DNA from: a virus | Reading direction: 5' to 3' (one strand) | Length of the DNA: 64,000 bases | Virus record (IMG/VR): IMGVR_UViG_3300020185_000024 | Span: 26,667-90,666 of that record | Shown: positions 18,314 through 28,295 of the stretch, in pieces | Layout: each line of letters starts with the position of its first letter | Position numbering within the stretch: the stretch's first letter is position 1 | Made by a program: the position numbers and the translations under genes | Notes under the pieces: model-generated | Told to the model about the DNA's origin: nothing | The model's input: the letters and a program-made list of their open reading frames with translations, nothing else | Database searches by the model: none

Positions 18314-19509
18314 TGTCAGGAACTAGAATAATATCTAATATAGAAGCTTTAAAAGAAATAACTAAAGCAGAAACCCTTGATTTAGTAATCATAGGTAAAA
18401 GAAGTACTTCTAATACAGATGGTAAAAAGTATGATCCTAAGTCCATAACTATAGAAAAGTTTATGGAGCTTGTTAATTCAGGCACTAACATACTATTAGA
18501 TGAAGATGATTTTGCTTCTGACTCTAATTCTAAAGCACCAACTCAACAATCAACTAAAGCTTATATAGCATCACAATTAGCGTCTGGAGGATTTACTCTT
18601 TTAGATGATGATACTATGTCAGCAGCGTCGAGAACCCAAGCAGCCACTCAAGGTTCGATAAAAGTATACATTGATAACAGTGTAACTTTTACGAATCCTG
18701 TAGGAGAAACTACTGTTAGAAACACATTTGGAGATATTAAATCTGGAGTAACTAATATAAACGGATTAACCTATCAAGAAATATTTGAAAATATGTTTTT
18801 TCCTTATTCCTTACCTTCATTCTCTAGTTTTACTTTAAATGGAATAAGTACTGTTCAAGAAATAGGAGCAAGCATAGGTCAAAATCAAACATTTACTTGG
18901 GGATACAATAACTCAGGAAATATAAGTACTGCTTCTAATGCTATAGCACTATCTAATTATATAGGAACTTATTTACCAGCAACTTTTGGCGTACCTAAAA
19001 CTACTACTAGTCAAGCAGTTAGTTTTAATAGCGTCATAACTTCAAGTACTCCTGGAGATACTGTAGGTTTTACAGTAACAGGACTAAACACTAAAAACAC
19101 TACATTTAGTAGAAATTATGTTATGGGATTTTATGGAAGAGTTATATGGGGTACTCACGCAAGCCCAGTAATAAATACTGGTCAAGCTGCAGCTTTAACA
19201 GCTAGTCAAAATGACTTAACTAAAAATATGACTAACTCTACTGGTAATGACATAGTAGGAAGTCGATTAACTTTTAATCCTTCAGGTTCTGAATACAGTT
19301 ATTTACTGATACCTACAGGAGTTCAAATGCCAAACGATATTAGAAATTCTACTTTATCTAGTATAGCTAATAGCTTTGACATGTATCAAAATTTATCTGG
19401 ACAAACAGATATAGTTATAAACACAGCAACAGGAATTAATGTTACTTATAAAGTATTTAGAAGTCAAAATGCTTCTAGTGGAGCAAGCACCTGTATAATA
19501 TCTAACTAA
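18313..19509 (+). CDS. Putative tail fibre/spike-associated structural protein
   Basis: Duplicated LLD.D....S...A.TQ.S.K.YI motif; Ser/Thr-rich beta C-terminal region. Confidence 0.6.
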   Translation: MSGTRIISNIEALKEITKAETLDLVIIGKRSTSNTDGKKYDPKSITIEKFMELVNSGTNILLDEDDFASDSNSKAPTQQSTKAYIASQLASGGFTLLDDDTMSAASRTQAATQGSIKVYIDNSVTFTNPVGETTVRNTFGDIKSGVTNINGLTYQEIFENMFFPYSLPSFSSFTLNGISTVQEIGASIGQNQTFTWGYNNSGNISTASNAIALSNYIGTYLPATFGVPKTTTSQAVSFNSVITSSTPGDTVGFTVTGLNTKNTTFSRNYVMGFYGRVIWGTHASPVINTGQAAALTASQNDLTKNMTNSTGNDIVGSRLTFNPSGSEYSYLLIPTGVQMPNDIRNSTLSSIANSFDMYQNLSGQTDIVINTATGINVTYKVFRSQNASSGASTCIISN

Positions 19510-21071
19510 TGGGAATTAAAATAACATCAAATTTTGAAAGAAACGCTTCTAGCGACACTTATTCTTTAATGGATATTCTTACAGTAAAAGGAGGATTCTC
19601 TTCTTTTGCTAATATGGCAACATTAAACAGTGGATTACCTTTACCTGTTAGAACAGATAATATGGTAGTCTATACAGCAGACAATCAAAGCTTTTATGAA
19701 TTAACTACTAATCCTAGTACAGATGTGACTACTCCTTCAGATTGGACTATCTTAACTGTAGGAGTCTCTGGAGGAGTAACTATAAAAGGAACTGTATGGA
19801 ATGCTTCAGCTAACACTGGTCCAATACTAAATGACAATTCAGGAACTGACGGAGACTTTTATATATGCGGAACTGCAGGAACAGTTAGCGACCCTAATAT
19901 AGCAGTAGCTAACGGAGAAACTTTTATAGTAGGAGACTGGATTATATTTGATGGAACTAACTGGAGAAGGTTAGTTCAATCAGGAAATGCAGGAGATTGG
20001 AATACTTTAGCAAATAAACCAGCTACTTTTCCTCCTGATGTTCATATTCATACAATTGCAGACTTAGATGCAGCAGCACAAGCATTAATCAATGGAAAAG
20101 AAGATCTTACAAATAAAGTTCAAACTTTAACTGATGTAAATGCTAATAAGACTTCTACATCTATGTATCCTTCATTAAATGCTTTAGTAGATTATATAGC
20201 TCAAGAAATTACTGCAGCAGGAACTGGTGGCGGTGGAACTACAGATCATAATCTTCTTACTACCTTACAAGGAGGAAATACTAACGAATATTATCATTTT
20301 GACGCTAGTCAGCATAGCAAATTACTTGCTTTGATATACACAGCACCTACAATTAGATTTAATGGCTCTACGGCTCTTAAATTAACTTCTACTGTAGAAA
20401 CAGGAAATAATATTACAACAGCTGCTTCAAGTACTTTAATTACTACCACATTTACAGAATTAGCTAATATTACACCTGCTACTACTTGGGAAAAGAAAGA
20501 AACTCAGACAGGATCTTTTGGTGCAACTAGTACAACAGCTCCTACATTTACTTCAGCTTATAGCGGAGTACCTGGAAATGGTATAACTAAAGTTTCTGAA
20601 GGGAGGATATATGAAGTCACTTCTTCAGGTTCAGGCAATGCTTTAGTAAGTCCAACAGTTTACACTTATGTTCAAACTATGTATAGAGTATATTATTTTA
20701 TGGCAGATAGTACTACAGATTTTACAGATCCTGGAAACACTGTCGCATTGCAGAATTTTTTAAATACTGCTAAAGGAAATGCTAATGTTCCTAATCAAGT
20801 ATATCATGAACTTAGGTCTGCCAAGAAAACAGGCAAAGTAACATTCACAGAACCAGGAACAGGTGCTGTACATATATATACAGTACATCCAGACGCTTAC
20901 GGAACTCAAGTATTTGATAATGCTACATTTCCTGGAAATAATTATACTACAGTAAGTTCTACATTCAGTTATAATAATAATGGAACTACTACTACATATA
21001 GAATAACTAGACTTAGTGGAACTAGTGCTCCATTAGCTATTAACGGAAGCATAGAAATAAACTTTAAATAA
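19509..21071 (+). CDS. Putative tail fibre protein
   Basis: WNAS.N.P...GDFYI...GDWIIFDGTNW module, WNTLANKPATFPP.HIH and DHN.L..LQGG...YYH fibre motifs. Confidence 0.65.
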   Translation: MGIKITSNFERNASSDTYSLMDILTVKGGFSSFANMATLNSGLPLPVRTDNMVVYTADNQSFYELTTNPSTDVTTPSDWTILTVGVSGGVTIKGTVWNASANTGPILNDNSGTDGDFYICGTAGTVSDPNIAVANGETFIVGDWIIFDGTNWRRLVQSGNAGDWNTLANKPATFPPDVHIHTIADLDAAAQALINGKEDLTNKVQTLTDVNANKTSTSMYPSLNALVDYIAQEITAAGTGGGGTTDHNLLTTLQGGNTNEYYHFDASQHSKLLALIYTAPTIRFNGSTALKLTSTVETGNNITTAASSTLITTTFTELANITPATTWEKKETQTGSFGATSTTAPTFTSAYSGVPGNGITKVSEGRIYEVTSSGSGNALVSPTVYTYVQTMYRVYYFMADSTTDFTDPGNTVALQNFLNTAKGNANVPNQVYHELRSAKKTGKVTFTEPGTGAVHIYTVHPDAYGTQVFDNATFPGNNYTTVSSTFSYNNNGTTTTYRITRLSGTSAPLAINGSIEINFK

Positions 21072-23314
21072 TGGCATATCCAAACAAAACTACTGGAGCT
21101 AAACCTTCAGGTCAAATTAATTTACTTCAATCTTTACAAGTTGCTTCTTATGGTAATAATGTATCTTTATTAGACTCTAAAGAGATTAAAGGAGGACTTC
21201 ACTATATTAAGCATATTGGAGACTTAACTGATACAGATTGGGATGGTATAATGCCTTCTAGAAAGCAAGATGGTATGATGGCTTATGTTCATTATGAGAA
21301 TGATGGAACCACTCTTAGAGATAAATACTATAAGCTTAAACCAGGAACTGCAGGAACTACAATTACTGATTGGGAAGAACTTTCATTTGGTGGAAGTACT
21401 CTAGTTATTAACAATATACAAACTGTAGCTGATATTGCAGCAAGAGATGCTTTAACTGGAATGGTTAATGGAGATGTAACTCATGTTACAGATGCTTCTG
21501 CAGATGCAGCAGTACCTAGTGGTGGAGCTTCTTATATATACGATGGTTCTACTTGGACTAGAATATTAGGAGCAAATGGTATTAATCCATCAGATGTAGC
21601 TTCAAATACTGCAGCCAGACATCAAAAAAACGAAGATACAGCTCTAGATGCTTCTGGATTGAATATAACTGCCAGTTTAATTAATACTCATATTAATGAT
21701 ATTAATCAACATGCTCCTATTAATGATTTAGCAGGACTTACTAATACTAATGAATTATGGTCAGCAGATAAAATACAAACAGAGTTAAATGTAATTATAG
21801 CAGATACAAATGCTAACAGTTCAGATGTCGCCACTTTATCTGCAGCATTATCTAATAAGGTAGACAAAATCACAGGATACTCTTTAATAGAAGATGCTGA
21901 AAAAACTAAAATACATACTAGAAATAAAGATACAGCAATTAAAGTATCCGACTTTCCAGACTTAGATGGAAGTGGAGCAGCTATAACAAACATACCTGAA
22001 CTAAGACAAGTATTTTCTGCCAATTTAGATATAGGAACTATTGTAACTTATGTAGATGCTTCAACAGATAAAGAAGTCAAATATATACTTACTGCTAATA
22101 ATTCTACAGATAATGGAGGATCTACAATAAGACCTGTAGATTATGCTACCTCTACTAATGAAAAAGTATGGGAAGTAATAGGATTAGGAATATATGGTAT
22201 TAATGATATTGCAGATGTAGATGTTTCTGGCATAGGAGTAGGAAATATTTTAGTATGGAACGGTACTGAATTTGTAATAGGCGGTGGATTTAGTGTAACA
22301 GACATAGATGATTTATCAGATGTAGATACTACAACTACAACTCCTAATACTGGAGAATTTCTTAAATGGGACGGTAGTAACTGGGTTCCTGCTATAATAC
22401 CTACTATAAATGCTATAGATGATATAGGAGATGTTGACACTACTTCTGCTGTACCTAGCGTTGGTGAATTTCTTAAGTGGGACGGAACTAATTGGGTACC
22501 TGCTGCAATAATAGAAGCTAGCGGAAGTGTTGACGAACACAGCGATGTAGACACTACTACTTCTGCACCAACTACAGGGGAATTTCTTAAATGGAATGGT
22601 AGCAATTGGATACCTGCGGCAATAGTAGAGGCTAATGGTACTATTGACAGTCATAGTGATGTAGATTTATCTACTCCTCCTGGAAATGGTCAAATATTAT
22701 TATATAATTCTAGTACTGGAAAATGGTTGCCAAGTCCTGTTCCTTTTACTATTACTGAAATTAGTGATTTAACAGATGTAGATACTAGTGGTGCAGTTTC
22801 TGGAGAATTTTTAAAATGGGATGGTATAAATTGGATACCTGATGCAATACCTACTATCAACACTATAAATGATATTGGAGATGCAACTATTACAGCAGCT
22901 ACTACTGGAGATATTATTCAATGGAATGGTTCTGCTTGGGTTAATATACCTTTACCTTCTAGTAATCCTACTAGTGTTGTAGCATCTGCTGTACTAAGCA
23001 CATTTGTAGTAAGTAGTCACACAACATTTGATTTAAGTGGTGCTAATCTTGCTCATAAAGTTATTGAAGTAAATATGGACGAAGCTTTTAGTGGAAACTT
23101 AACATTTACTAATGGAGTTAAAGGTACTAAGTATACTATAAGATTAACTACGGCTACTACAGCTTTTTCTCCTACAATAAATTTAGCAGCTACAACAAAA
23201 GTAAGAAGTGCTACAGCTTTAATTGCTCCTAACAATAGTGATTGGACACATGAATATCATGTAGAGTTTGACGGTACTAACTATTGGGTAACACCAGAAT
23301 ATGACCAAAACTAA
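21071..23314 (+). CDS. Tail fibre protein with tandem ~38-aa repeats
   Basis: VADIAARDAL..GD module; about 7 repeats of I.D..DVD......GEFLKWDG.NW.P. Confidence 0.75.
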   Translation: MAYPNKTTGAKPSGQINLLQSLQVASYGNNVSLLDSKEIKGGLHYIKHIGDLTDTDWDGIMPSRKQDGMMAYVHYENDGTTLRDKYYKLKPGTAGTTITDWEELSFGGSTLVINNIQTVADIAARDALTGMVNGDVTHVTDASADAAVPSGGASYIYDGSTWTRILGANGINPSDVASNTAARHQKNEDTALDASGLNITASLINTHINDINQHAPINDLAGLTNTNELWSADKIQTELNVIIADTNANSSDVATLSAALSNKVDKITGYSLIEDAEKTKIHTRNKDTAIKVSDFPDLDGSGAAITNIPELRQVFSANLDIGTIVTYVDASTDKEVKYILTANNSTDNGGSTIRPVDYATSTNEKVWEVIGLGIYGINDIADVDVSGIGVGNILVWNGTEFVIGGGFSVTDIDDLSDVDTTTTTPNTGEFLKWDGSNWVPAIIPTINAIDDIGDVDTTSAVPSVGEFLKWDGTNWVPAAIIEASGSVDEHSDVDTTTSAPTTGEFLKWNGSNWIPAAIVEANGTIDSHSDVDLSTPPGNGQILLYNSSTGKWLPSPVPFTITEISDLTDVDTSGAVSGEFLKWDGINWIPDAIPTINTINDIGDATITAATTGDIIQWNGSAWVNIPLPSSNPTSVVASAVLSTFVVSSHTTFDLSGANLAHKVIEVNMDEAFSGNLTFTNGVKGTKYTIRLTTATTAFSPTINLAATTKVRSATALIAPNNSDWTHEYHVEFDGTNYWVTPEYDQN
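22198..22950 (+). repeat. Degenerate ~105-115 bp tandem coding repeats (about 7 copies)
   Basis: Recurrent gatgtagatac / gaatttcttaaatgggacgg / aattgg DNA motifs. Confidence 0.85.
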
Positions 23315-25839
23315 TGGTAGAAAAAGCACCTATATATAAAGCACCTAATGGCGCAAAAGTTATTCAACATGTTGGCTCTATTTATGGAGATACTTTGTTA
23401 GATGACATTACTGTACCTAGTCAAAATGGTAGAGTAGTACAACCTGGAAGGTGTGTAAAGGGAGATGTAGGTAATGCTACTGATATTCAAATAAATCTTT
23501 CTAGCTCTACAACAGATGCTATTTGGATAGGCGAAATCTATCAAAAAGTTGTATTTTTTGCAGACTCATCTCAGACTCACAACTATATACTTAATATAGA
23601 GTCATCTGCCAGTGCACCCGCTAGAGTTTACTATAGAGGTACTGACGGAGTAATGGCATGTAGAGTTCTTGGTGTTACAAAAAGTATAAGTGACACAGTC
23701 AATTTAGATGAATGGAACACTTTTGAATTTTGGTTTAGTAATACAGAAGCTATTGTTGTGATAAATAGTGGAACTCCAGAAGTAATAGGTACTCATACCA
23801 CTACAGCTAATTATAATTTTCATATTTTTAATAATACTTTATTAGCTTATAAAAGTAACTACACTCCTGCTAAAGTATCAGAATACTTAGTTAGGAATGT
23901 AACATTAGGCATAGATTTAATTCATTGGGTTTTTGATGAAGGGAATGGAGATACTATACATAGTATTGTAGATAATGGATTAGGAACAAATGATGTAACT
24001 GGAACTATAATGAATAGGCAATCCGATACTTGGGTAGAAGATGGAACTATATCTAGTAGTTATGTTAATGATAATGGTTATACGGATAATCTAGGAATAA
24101 TAGTCCCTGCTGCTTTAAATTCAAGTACGCTAGATGCTTTAGGGAATACTCTTGAATATTCTGGCAAAACTTCTTATACGCCTAAAATAGTTAATCAACC
24201 TTGTTTAACTTCTGATGGTACACAAACATTATCATTTACAAATTTAACAGGTATAAACATAGTTTCTTATGAGGGAACTTCTATTGCTAGTAAAAGTGGA
24301 AATACAATTACACTAACTCCTGGTACAATATATAATTTAATTTTAGATGATGGTACTCTACTACCTTTACAAGAAAGTGATGGACGCACAGCTTATGCAA
24401 TAGGTGGTACAGCAGGAAATGCAACTATTATTAATTACTTAGCTACTAATTGGACAGATAACACGCAAGATAGTTATGCTAGAAATGCTTTATTAGGCTA
24501 TAATAATATGTCTTCTTCTGGTAAACTATTTACTGATTTTACAAATGATTTAGGAGGTGTAGATTACGCTAGTGGTAGTGCTTTAACTCTTTCGCATGAC
24601 GTTATAAATGGACTACTTAGATTAGAAAATTCAGATGTTAATTCTTATTTATATTTAAAGCCTAATAGTAGTATTGCTTCAAGTGGCCCGTCTAGGTGGG
24701 TATTTAAAATTAAATTTACAACTGGTAGAGGGAATGGTAGTTTTAAATTACTTGCTGCAAATACTAGCTCTTACGCAATAACATTAAATTATACAGATGG
24801 GGTTTGGATGGAGTTTGATATTAATCCCCCATTTACTTATATAAATACTACCCAATGGAGAATAGAGCCAGTAGGAGGGATGTTGGTTGGAGATGTAATT
24901 GAAATGGATTATTGGTATATTGCCAATATTGGTAAAGTTTCAGTAAAAACTTCAAATGTTTATGAAGATGCTTTAGGTAATACAGCTTCTCACCCTAATC
25001 CTGGAGGTAGAAAACTTTTAGAAGGAATAGATTTAAAACTTAATCCTAATAATGCTCCTGCTTTAGTTCAGGCAGGTATTACCGACACTACCATTATAGG
25101 AAGTGAATATGGTAAAAATAATAATATCATAAATGGTGAAAATATTTCAAGAGACATTATAGTATATGATAATCCTCCAGATTTTCCTAGAAATTACTGG
25201 GATGAATTTAGTTTTAAGGGTGGCTTAGTCTATCCAAATACATCAGGAACTTATACTAAAATGGCAACTAACTTCATTAATGGTTCTGATTGGTCATTTT
25301 CTGGTTGGTTTATTTTTTCTTCTATTTCGGGAGTACGTTTAATTGGAAGCAGTTTTGGTTCTTCATTTGTTTTTTTAACAAACGCTTCTATATTAAGAGT
25401 AAATCAAGCTGGAGCAAGTGACTTATCTTTTTCAGTATCTATTCCCTTAGACACTAAAGTTCATATTGGAATAAGTGTTATTGGATTACAAACTAAAGTT
25501 TATGTTAATTCAGTAGAAAGTTCTACTGGTGCTTTAACTGCCACAGATAGCGCTCAAAATTCTTTTGATAGATTTGGGGCAACGAATAGTGGAGTAGCTC
25601 AACAAATTAATGGAGTTCAATCTGAAACTGCTTTTTGGAATACTGGTTTATCCCAAGACGAGTTCAAATATCTTTTTAATAAAGGAAGAGGAAGGTACTC
25701 AAATAAAATAAAAGAAGGTAATCTTGTACATTGGTGGGATTTTAATAGCTTGAAAACACCTACAACTGTAGAAGATTTAAAAGGTATTAATACTTTAACT
25801 TTAAAATCTTTTCCTACTGAAAAAATAGTAAACTTTTAA
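23314..25839 (+). CDS. Putative receptor-binding protein with LamG/concanavalin-like domains
   Basis: HWVFDEGNG; C-terminal WSFSGWF...VHIGIS...KVYVN...INGVQSETAFWNTGLS...LVHWWDFN is a LamG-like signature. Confidence 0.65.
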   Translation: MVEKAPIYKAPNGAKVIQHVGSIYGDTLLDDITVPSQNGRVVQPGRCVKGDVGNATDIQINLSSSTTDAIWIGEIYQKVVFFADSSQTHNYILNIESSASAPARVYYRGTDGVMACRVLGVTKSISDTVNLDEWNTFEFWFSNTEAIVVINSGTPEVIGTHTTTANYNFHIFNNTLLAYKSNYTPAKVSEYLVRNVTLGIDLIHWVFDEGNGDTIHSIVDNGLGTNDVTGTIMNRQSDTWVEDGTISSSYVNDNGYTDNLGIIVPAALNSSTLDALGNTLEYSGKTSYTPKIVNQPCLTSDGTQTLSFTNLTGINIVSYEGTSIASKSGNTITLTPGTIYNLILDDGTLLPLQESDGRTAYAIGGTAGNATIINYLATNWTDNTQDSYARNALLGYNNMSSSGKLFTDFTNDLGGVDYASGSALTLSHDVINGLLRLENSDVNSYLYLKPNSSIASSGPSRWVFKIKFTTGRGNGSFKLLAANTSSYAITLNYTDGVWMEFDINPPFTYINTTQWRIEPVGGMLVGDVIEMDYWYIANIGKVSVKTSNVYEDALGNTASHPNPGGRKLLEGIDLKLNPNNAPALVQAGITDTTIIGSEYGKNNNIINGENISRDIIVYDNPPDFPRNYWDEFSFKGGLVYPNTSGTYTKMATNFINGSDWSFSGWFIFSSISGVRLIGSSFGSSFVFLTNASILRVNQAGASDLSFSVSIPLDTKVHIGISVIGLQTKVYVNSVESSTGALTATDSAQNSFDRFGATNSGVAQQINGVQSETAFWNTGLSQDEFKYLFNKGRGRYSNKIKEGNLVHWWDFNSLKTPTTVEDLKGINTLTLKSFPTEKIVNF

Positions 25840-25841
25840 CA

Positions 25842-26387
25842 ATGAAAGCAATAATACATACACAAAACATAGCATCTCTAATGACATCAGAGGTTGTGAA
25901 AGACCAACTTCTTTTTGGACTTATTCTTAATTTAATAGGGGCTCAGACTAATGGTGGTTTACCTAAAGAACATATTCCTGGAAAATTAGTATTTCCTAAC
26001 ATAGATAATAATGACTGCCCTTTAAGTTATTATAAAACATTTTATAATGAAGATAAAGTAACTATGAGCGAGTATCCTTTGTTCATATATGCTCCAATAG
26101 CATTTTTAGAAACAAATGTATTTACAGGTTTACCTAATGCTACTACATTTGATGAAAATGATAATGAAGTTTCAGTTAAATGGAAAGATTGGAGAGCTGA
26201 TGAACATTATACTCAACCTTTATATAAAAATGAAACTCATTGTATTATAAGCTGTCAGTCTTTTGGTAAATACTTAACAGAAGCTGAAGTAGCAAATATT
26301 ATTTCCAATGAAGAAAATTCTGGAATAGAGCTATTAGGAATAAACGAACTTAATGCTAAACTTAATTTATTTATAGAAGAAGAATGA
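25842..26387 (+). CDS. Hypothetical protein (possible fibre assembly chaperone)
   Basis: Follows the RBP gene; function inferred from position only. Confidence 0.5.
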   Translation: MKAIIHTQNIASLMTSEVVKDQLLFGLILNLIGAQTNGGLPKEHIPGKLVFPNIDNNDCPLSYYKTFYNEDKVTMSEYPLFIYAPIAFLETNVFTGLPNATTFDENDNEVSVKWKDWRADEHYTQPLYKNETHCIISCQSFGKYLTEAEVANIISNEENSGIELLGINELNAKLNLFIEEE

Positions 26388-26884
26388 AACTATCAGAAAT
26401 AGAAAATAACATCCGACATGGAGACATCATATTAATAAGAAAGAACAGGTTCATAAGCAAAGCTATTTGTACTTGGACCAATTCTTTCTTTAGTCATGTA
26501 GGCGTAATAGTCAAACATGGAGATAAATGGTTTATAGTAGATTCTAATGAGAAAGGAGTAGATATAGATCCTTTGGTTCGCAGACTTGAAACTACAGAAG
26601 CAGTTAGCATATTGAGACCTAAAGCTTCAAAAGTTAAAATCAATAAAGCAGTTAAAGAACTAGAGAAGTTTACAGATACTAAAACTCCCTATGATTTTTT
26701 ATTGTTTTTAAGAATTGCTATAGAAACAGCTATAAAAGTGAAACTAAATTTTAACACTAAAGGTTTTACTTGTTCAGAGTTCTCAGCATTATATCTATCT
26801 TTGTTGTCTTTTAATCACGGGTTAAAAGAAAATTGTATACCTCAAGAGTTTGCAAAAGTATCACAACTTAAAAAAATAATATAA
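26384..26884 (+). CDS. Permuted papain-like NlpC/P60 enzyme (YiiX/YaeF family)
   Basis: HGDIIL ... FSHVGV (catalytic His) ... PYDF ... FTCSEF (catalytic Cys after His, permuted order). Confidence 0.85.
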   Translation: MKLSEIENNIRHGDIILIRKNRFISKAICTWTNSFFSHVGVIVKHGDKWFIVDSNEKGVDIDPLVRRLETTEAVSILRPKASKVKINKAVKELEKFTDTKTPYDFLLFLRIAIETAIKVKLNFNTKGFTCSEFSALYLSLLSFNHGLKENCIPQEFAKVSQLKKII

Positions 26885-26997
26885 TGAGTAGACTAAAAGA
26901 GCTAAAAGCAACAGAAAATGCTTATACTGATAGCAATTATATAGAAAGTAAAAATGATAAATATTACTTAAGTACCGCAAGAATTTTAAAACAATAA
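26884..26997 (+). CDS. 37-aa small ORF (MSRLKELKATENAY...), not in ORF track
   Basis: Exactly fills the gap with TAATG overlaps on both sides. Confidence 0.6.
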   Translation: MSRLKELKATENAYTDSNYIESKNDKYYLSTARILKQ

Positions 26998-27368
26998 TGA
27001 TGAATTTACTATTTTTTTCTCTTGAACAAATTGTAGAAGCTGTATCTACTATAGGTTTATCTGCAACTTTAATATTATTGTTAGTAGGAGGATTAATACT
27101 CGGCATATGGAAAAGTGTTCCTATACTATATGACAGAATAATCAACAAACAAGTAGAAACTGACGAAAAACAAAATTTGACAATTAAAGAGCTAGAAGAA
27201 AAAGTCATAGCTATTCAAATAGAAACTCAAAGCATATTAAAAGATATAGCCTCTAATAAAGATATTTCTGATGAAAAACATACTTCTTTGATCACTAGGT
27301 TAATAGCTTTAGAGTTAGCAGTTACTAAATTGACTGATTACATATTAACAGCTTCTTTAAATAAATAA
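26997..27368 (+). CDS. Holin-like membrane protein (single TM plus coiled coil)
   Basis: Hydrophobic IGLSATLILLLVGGLILGIW, heptad C-terminus, upstream of the endolysin; starts Met-Met. Confidence 0.5.
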   Translation: MMNLLFFSLEQIVEAVSTIGLSATLILLLVGGLILGIWKSVPILYDRIINKQVETDEKQNLTIKELEEKVIAIQIETQSILKDIASNKDISDEKHTSLITRLIALELAVTKLTDYILTASLNK

Positions 27369-27372
27369 ACCT

Positions 27373-27822
27373 ATGAAAGAATTATCTTTACATGAAAAGG
27401 TAGACTTCATTATAAAACAAGATGTTTTAAAAAGAGTAGCACCTATATCAGAAAAAGAACAATTAGAATTAATTGATAAACTTTGCGATGGATATAGCGT
27501 TATAGATGTTAGCTGGACAGGACCATCTTATAGTATAGACCAAAAACTTTCTTTATCTTTTTATGAAAATATAGGCTACACAAAAGAAGACATTGAATCT
27601 TATCAAAATGGAACTTTTGATAGAGCAGATAAAAAAGCTTTAAATACTCTAGCATTTGATTTAAAATATACTTTAATGAATAATAAAGTAAGTAAAGGAA
27701 ATTTAAATGTTAAAAGAGAAAATGAAAATAAAATAGCACATGTAATGTATAAATATTGTCCTATTAAAGTAGATAGTCGAGGAAGAGTAACTAAAATTAT
27801 AGGAGTCCAATATATATTGTAA
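27373..27822 (+). CDS. Stand-alone PAS/PAC-like domain protein
   Basis: DGYSVID ... SFYENIGYTKEDI ... VKRENENKIAHV.YKYCPIKVDSRGRVTKIIGVQY resemble the PAS 'n.af..l.Gy..eel' and PAC 'r.kdG...wv.....pird..G.v..iiGv..Di' motifs. Confidence 0.6.
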   Translation: MKELSLHEKVDFIIKQDVLKRVAPISEKEQLELIDKLCDGYSVIDVSWTGPSYSIDQKLSLSFYENIGYTKEDIESYQNGTFDRADKKALNTLAFDLKYTLMNNKVSKGNLNVKRENENKIAHVMYKYCPIKVDSRGRVTKIIGVQYIL

Positions 27823-27823
27823 T

Positions 27824-28291
27824 ATGAAACTAAGTAAAAACTTATCATTAAAAGAAGTAATTAAATCTAACACCGCTACTAAATACGGCATAGATAATAA
27901 CCCAACTGCAGAGCATTTAGATGCTTTAAAAAATATTGCTATTAATGGTTTTCAACCTTTAAGAGAAGGATTAGGAATGCCAATATTTGTATCTTCAGGA
28001 TATAGATCTCAAGCATTAAATGATAGAATTGGAGGAAGTAGTACTTCTCAACATTCTAAAGGAGAAGCTTTAGATGTAGATGCTGACGTATATGGTATAA
28101 TTACCAACAAAGAAATATTTGATTACATATATGCTAACATAGACTTTGATCAATTAATCTGGGAATACGGAAATGATAAAGAACCAGATTGGGTACATTT
28201 TTCTATGAAGCTAAAAGGCAAAAATAGAAAAGAAGTTCTTAAGGTTAAAAAAGTAAAAGGTAAAAGCATATACAGTCACTTTAAGCCATAA
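27824..28291 (+). CDS. Endolysin, peptidase M15 (Zn metallopeptidase)
   Basis: SSGYRS, SQHSKGEALD (H-x6-D) and WVH zinc ligands. Confidence 0.9.
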   Translation: MKLSKNLSLKEVIKSNTATKYGIDNNPTAEHLDALKNIAINGFQPLREGLGMPIFVSSGYRSQALNDRIGGSSTSQHSKGEALDVDADVYGIITNKEIFDYIYANIDFDQLIWEYGNDKEPDWVHFSMKLKGKNRKEVLKVKKVKGKSIYSHFKP

Positions 28292-28295
28292 ATAA

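Noticed and set aside
22198-22950. Repeat array as CRISPR or DGR template/variable repeat
   Set aside because: Repeats are degenerate, in-frame protein repeats with no constant repeat-spacer structure, no adenine-specific variation and no reverse transcriptase in the window
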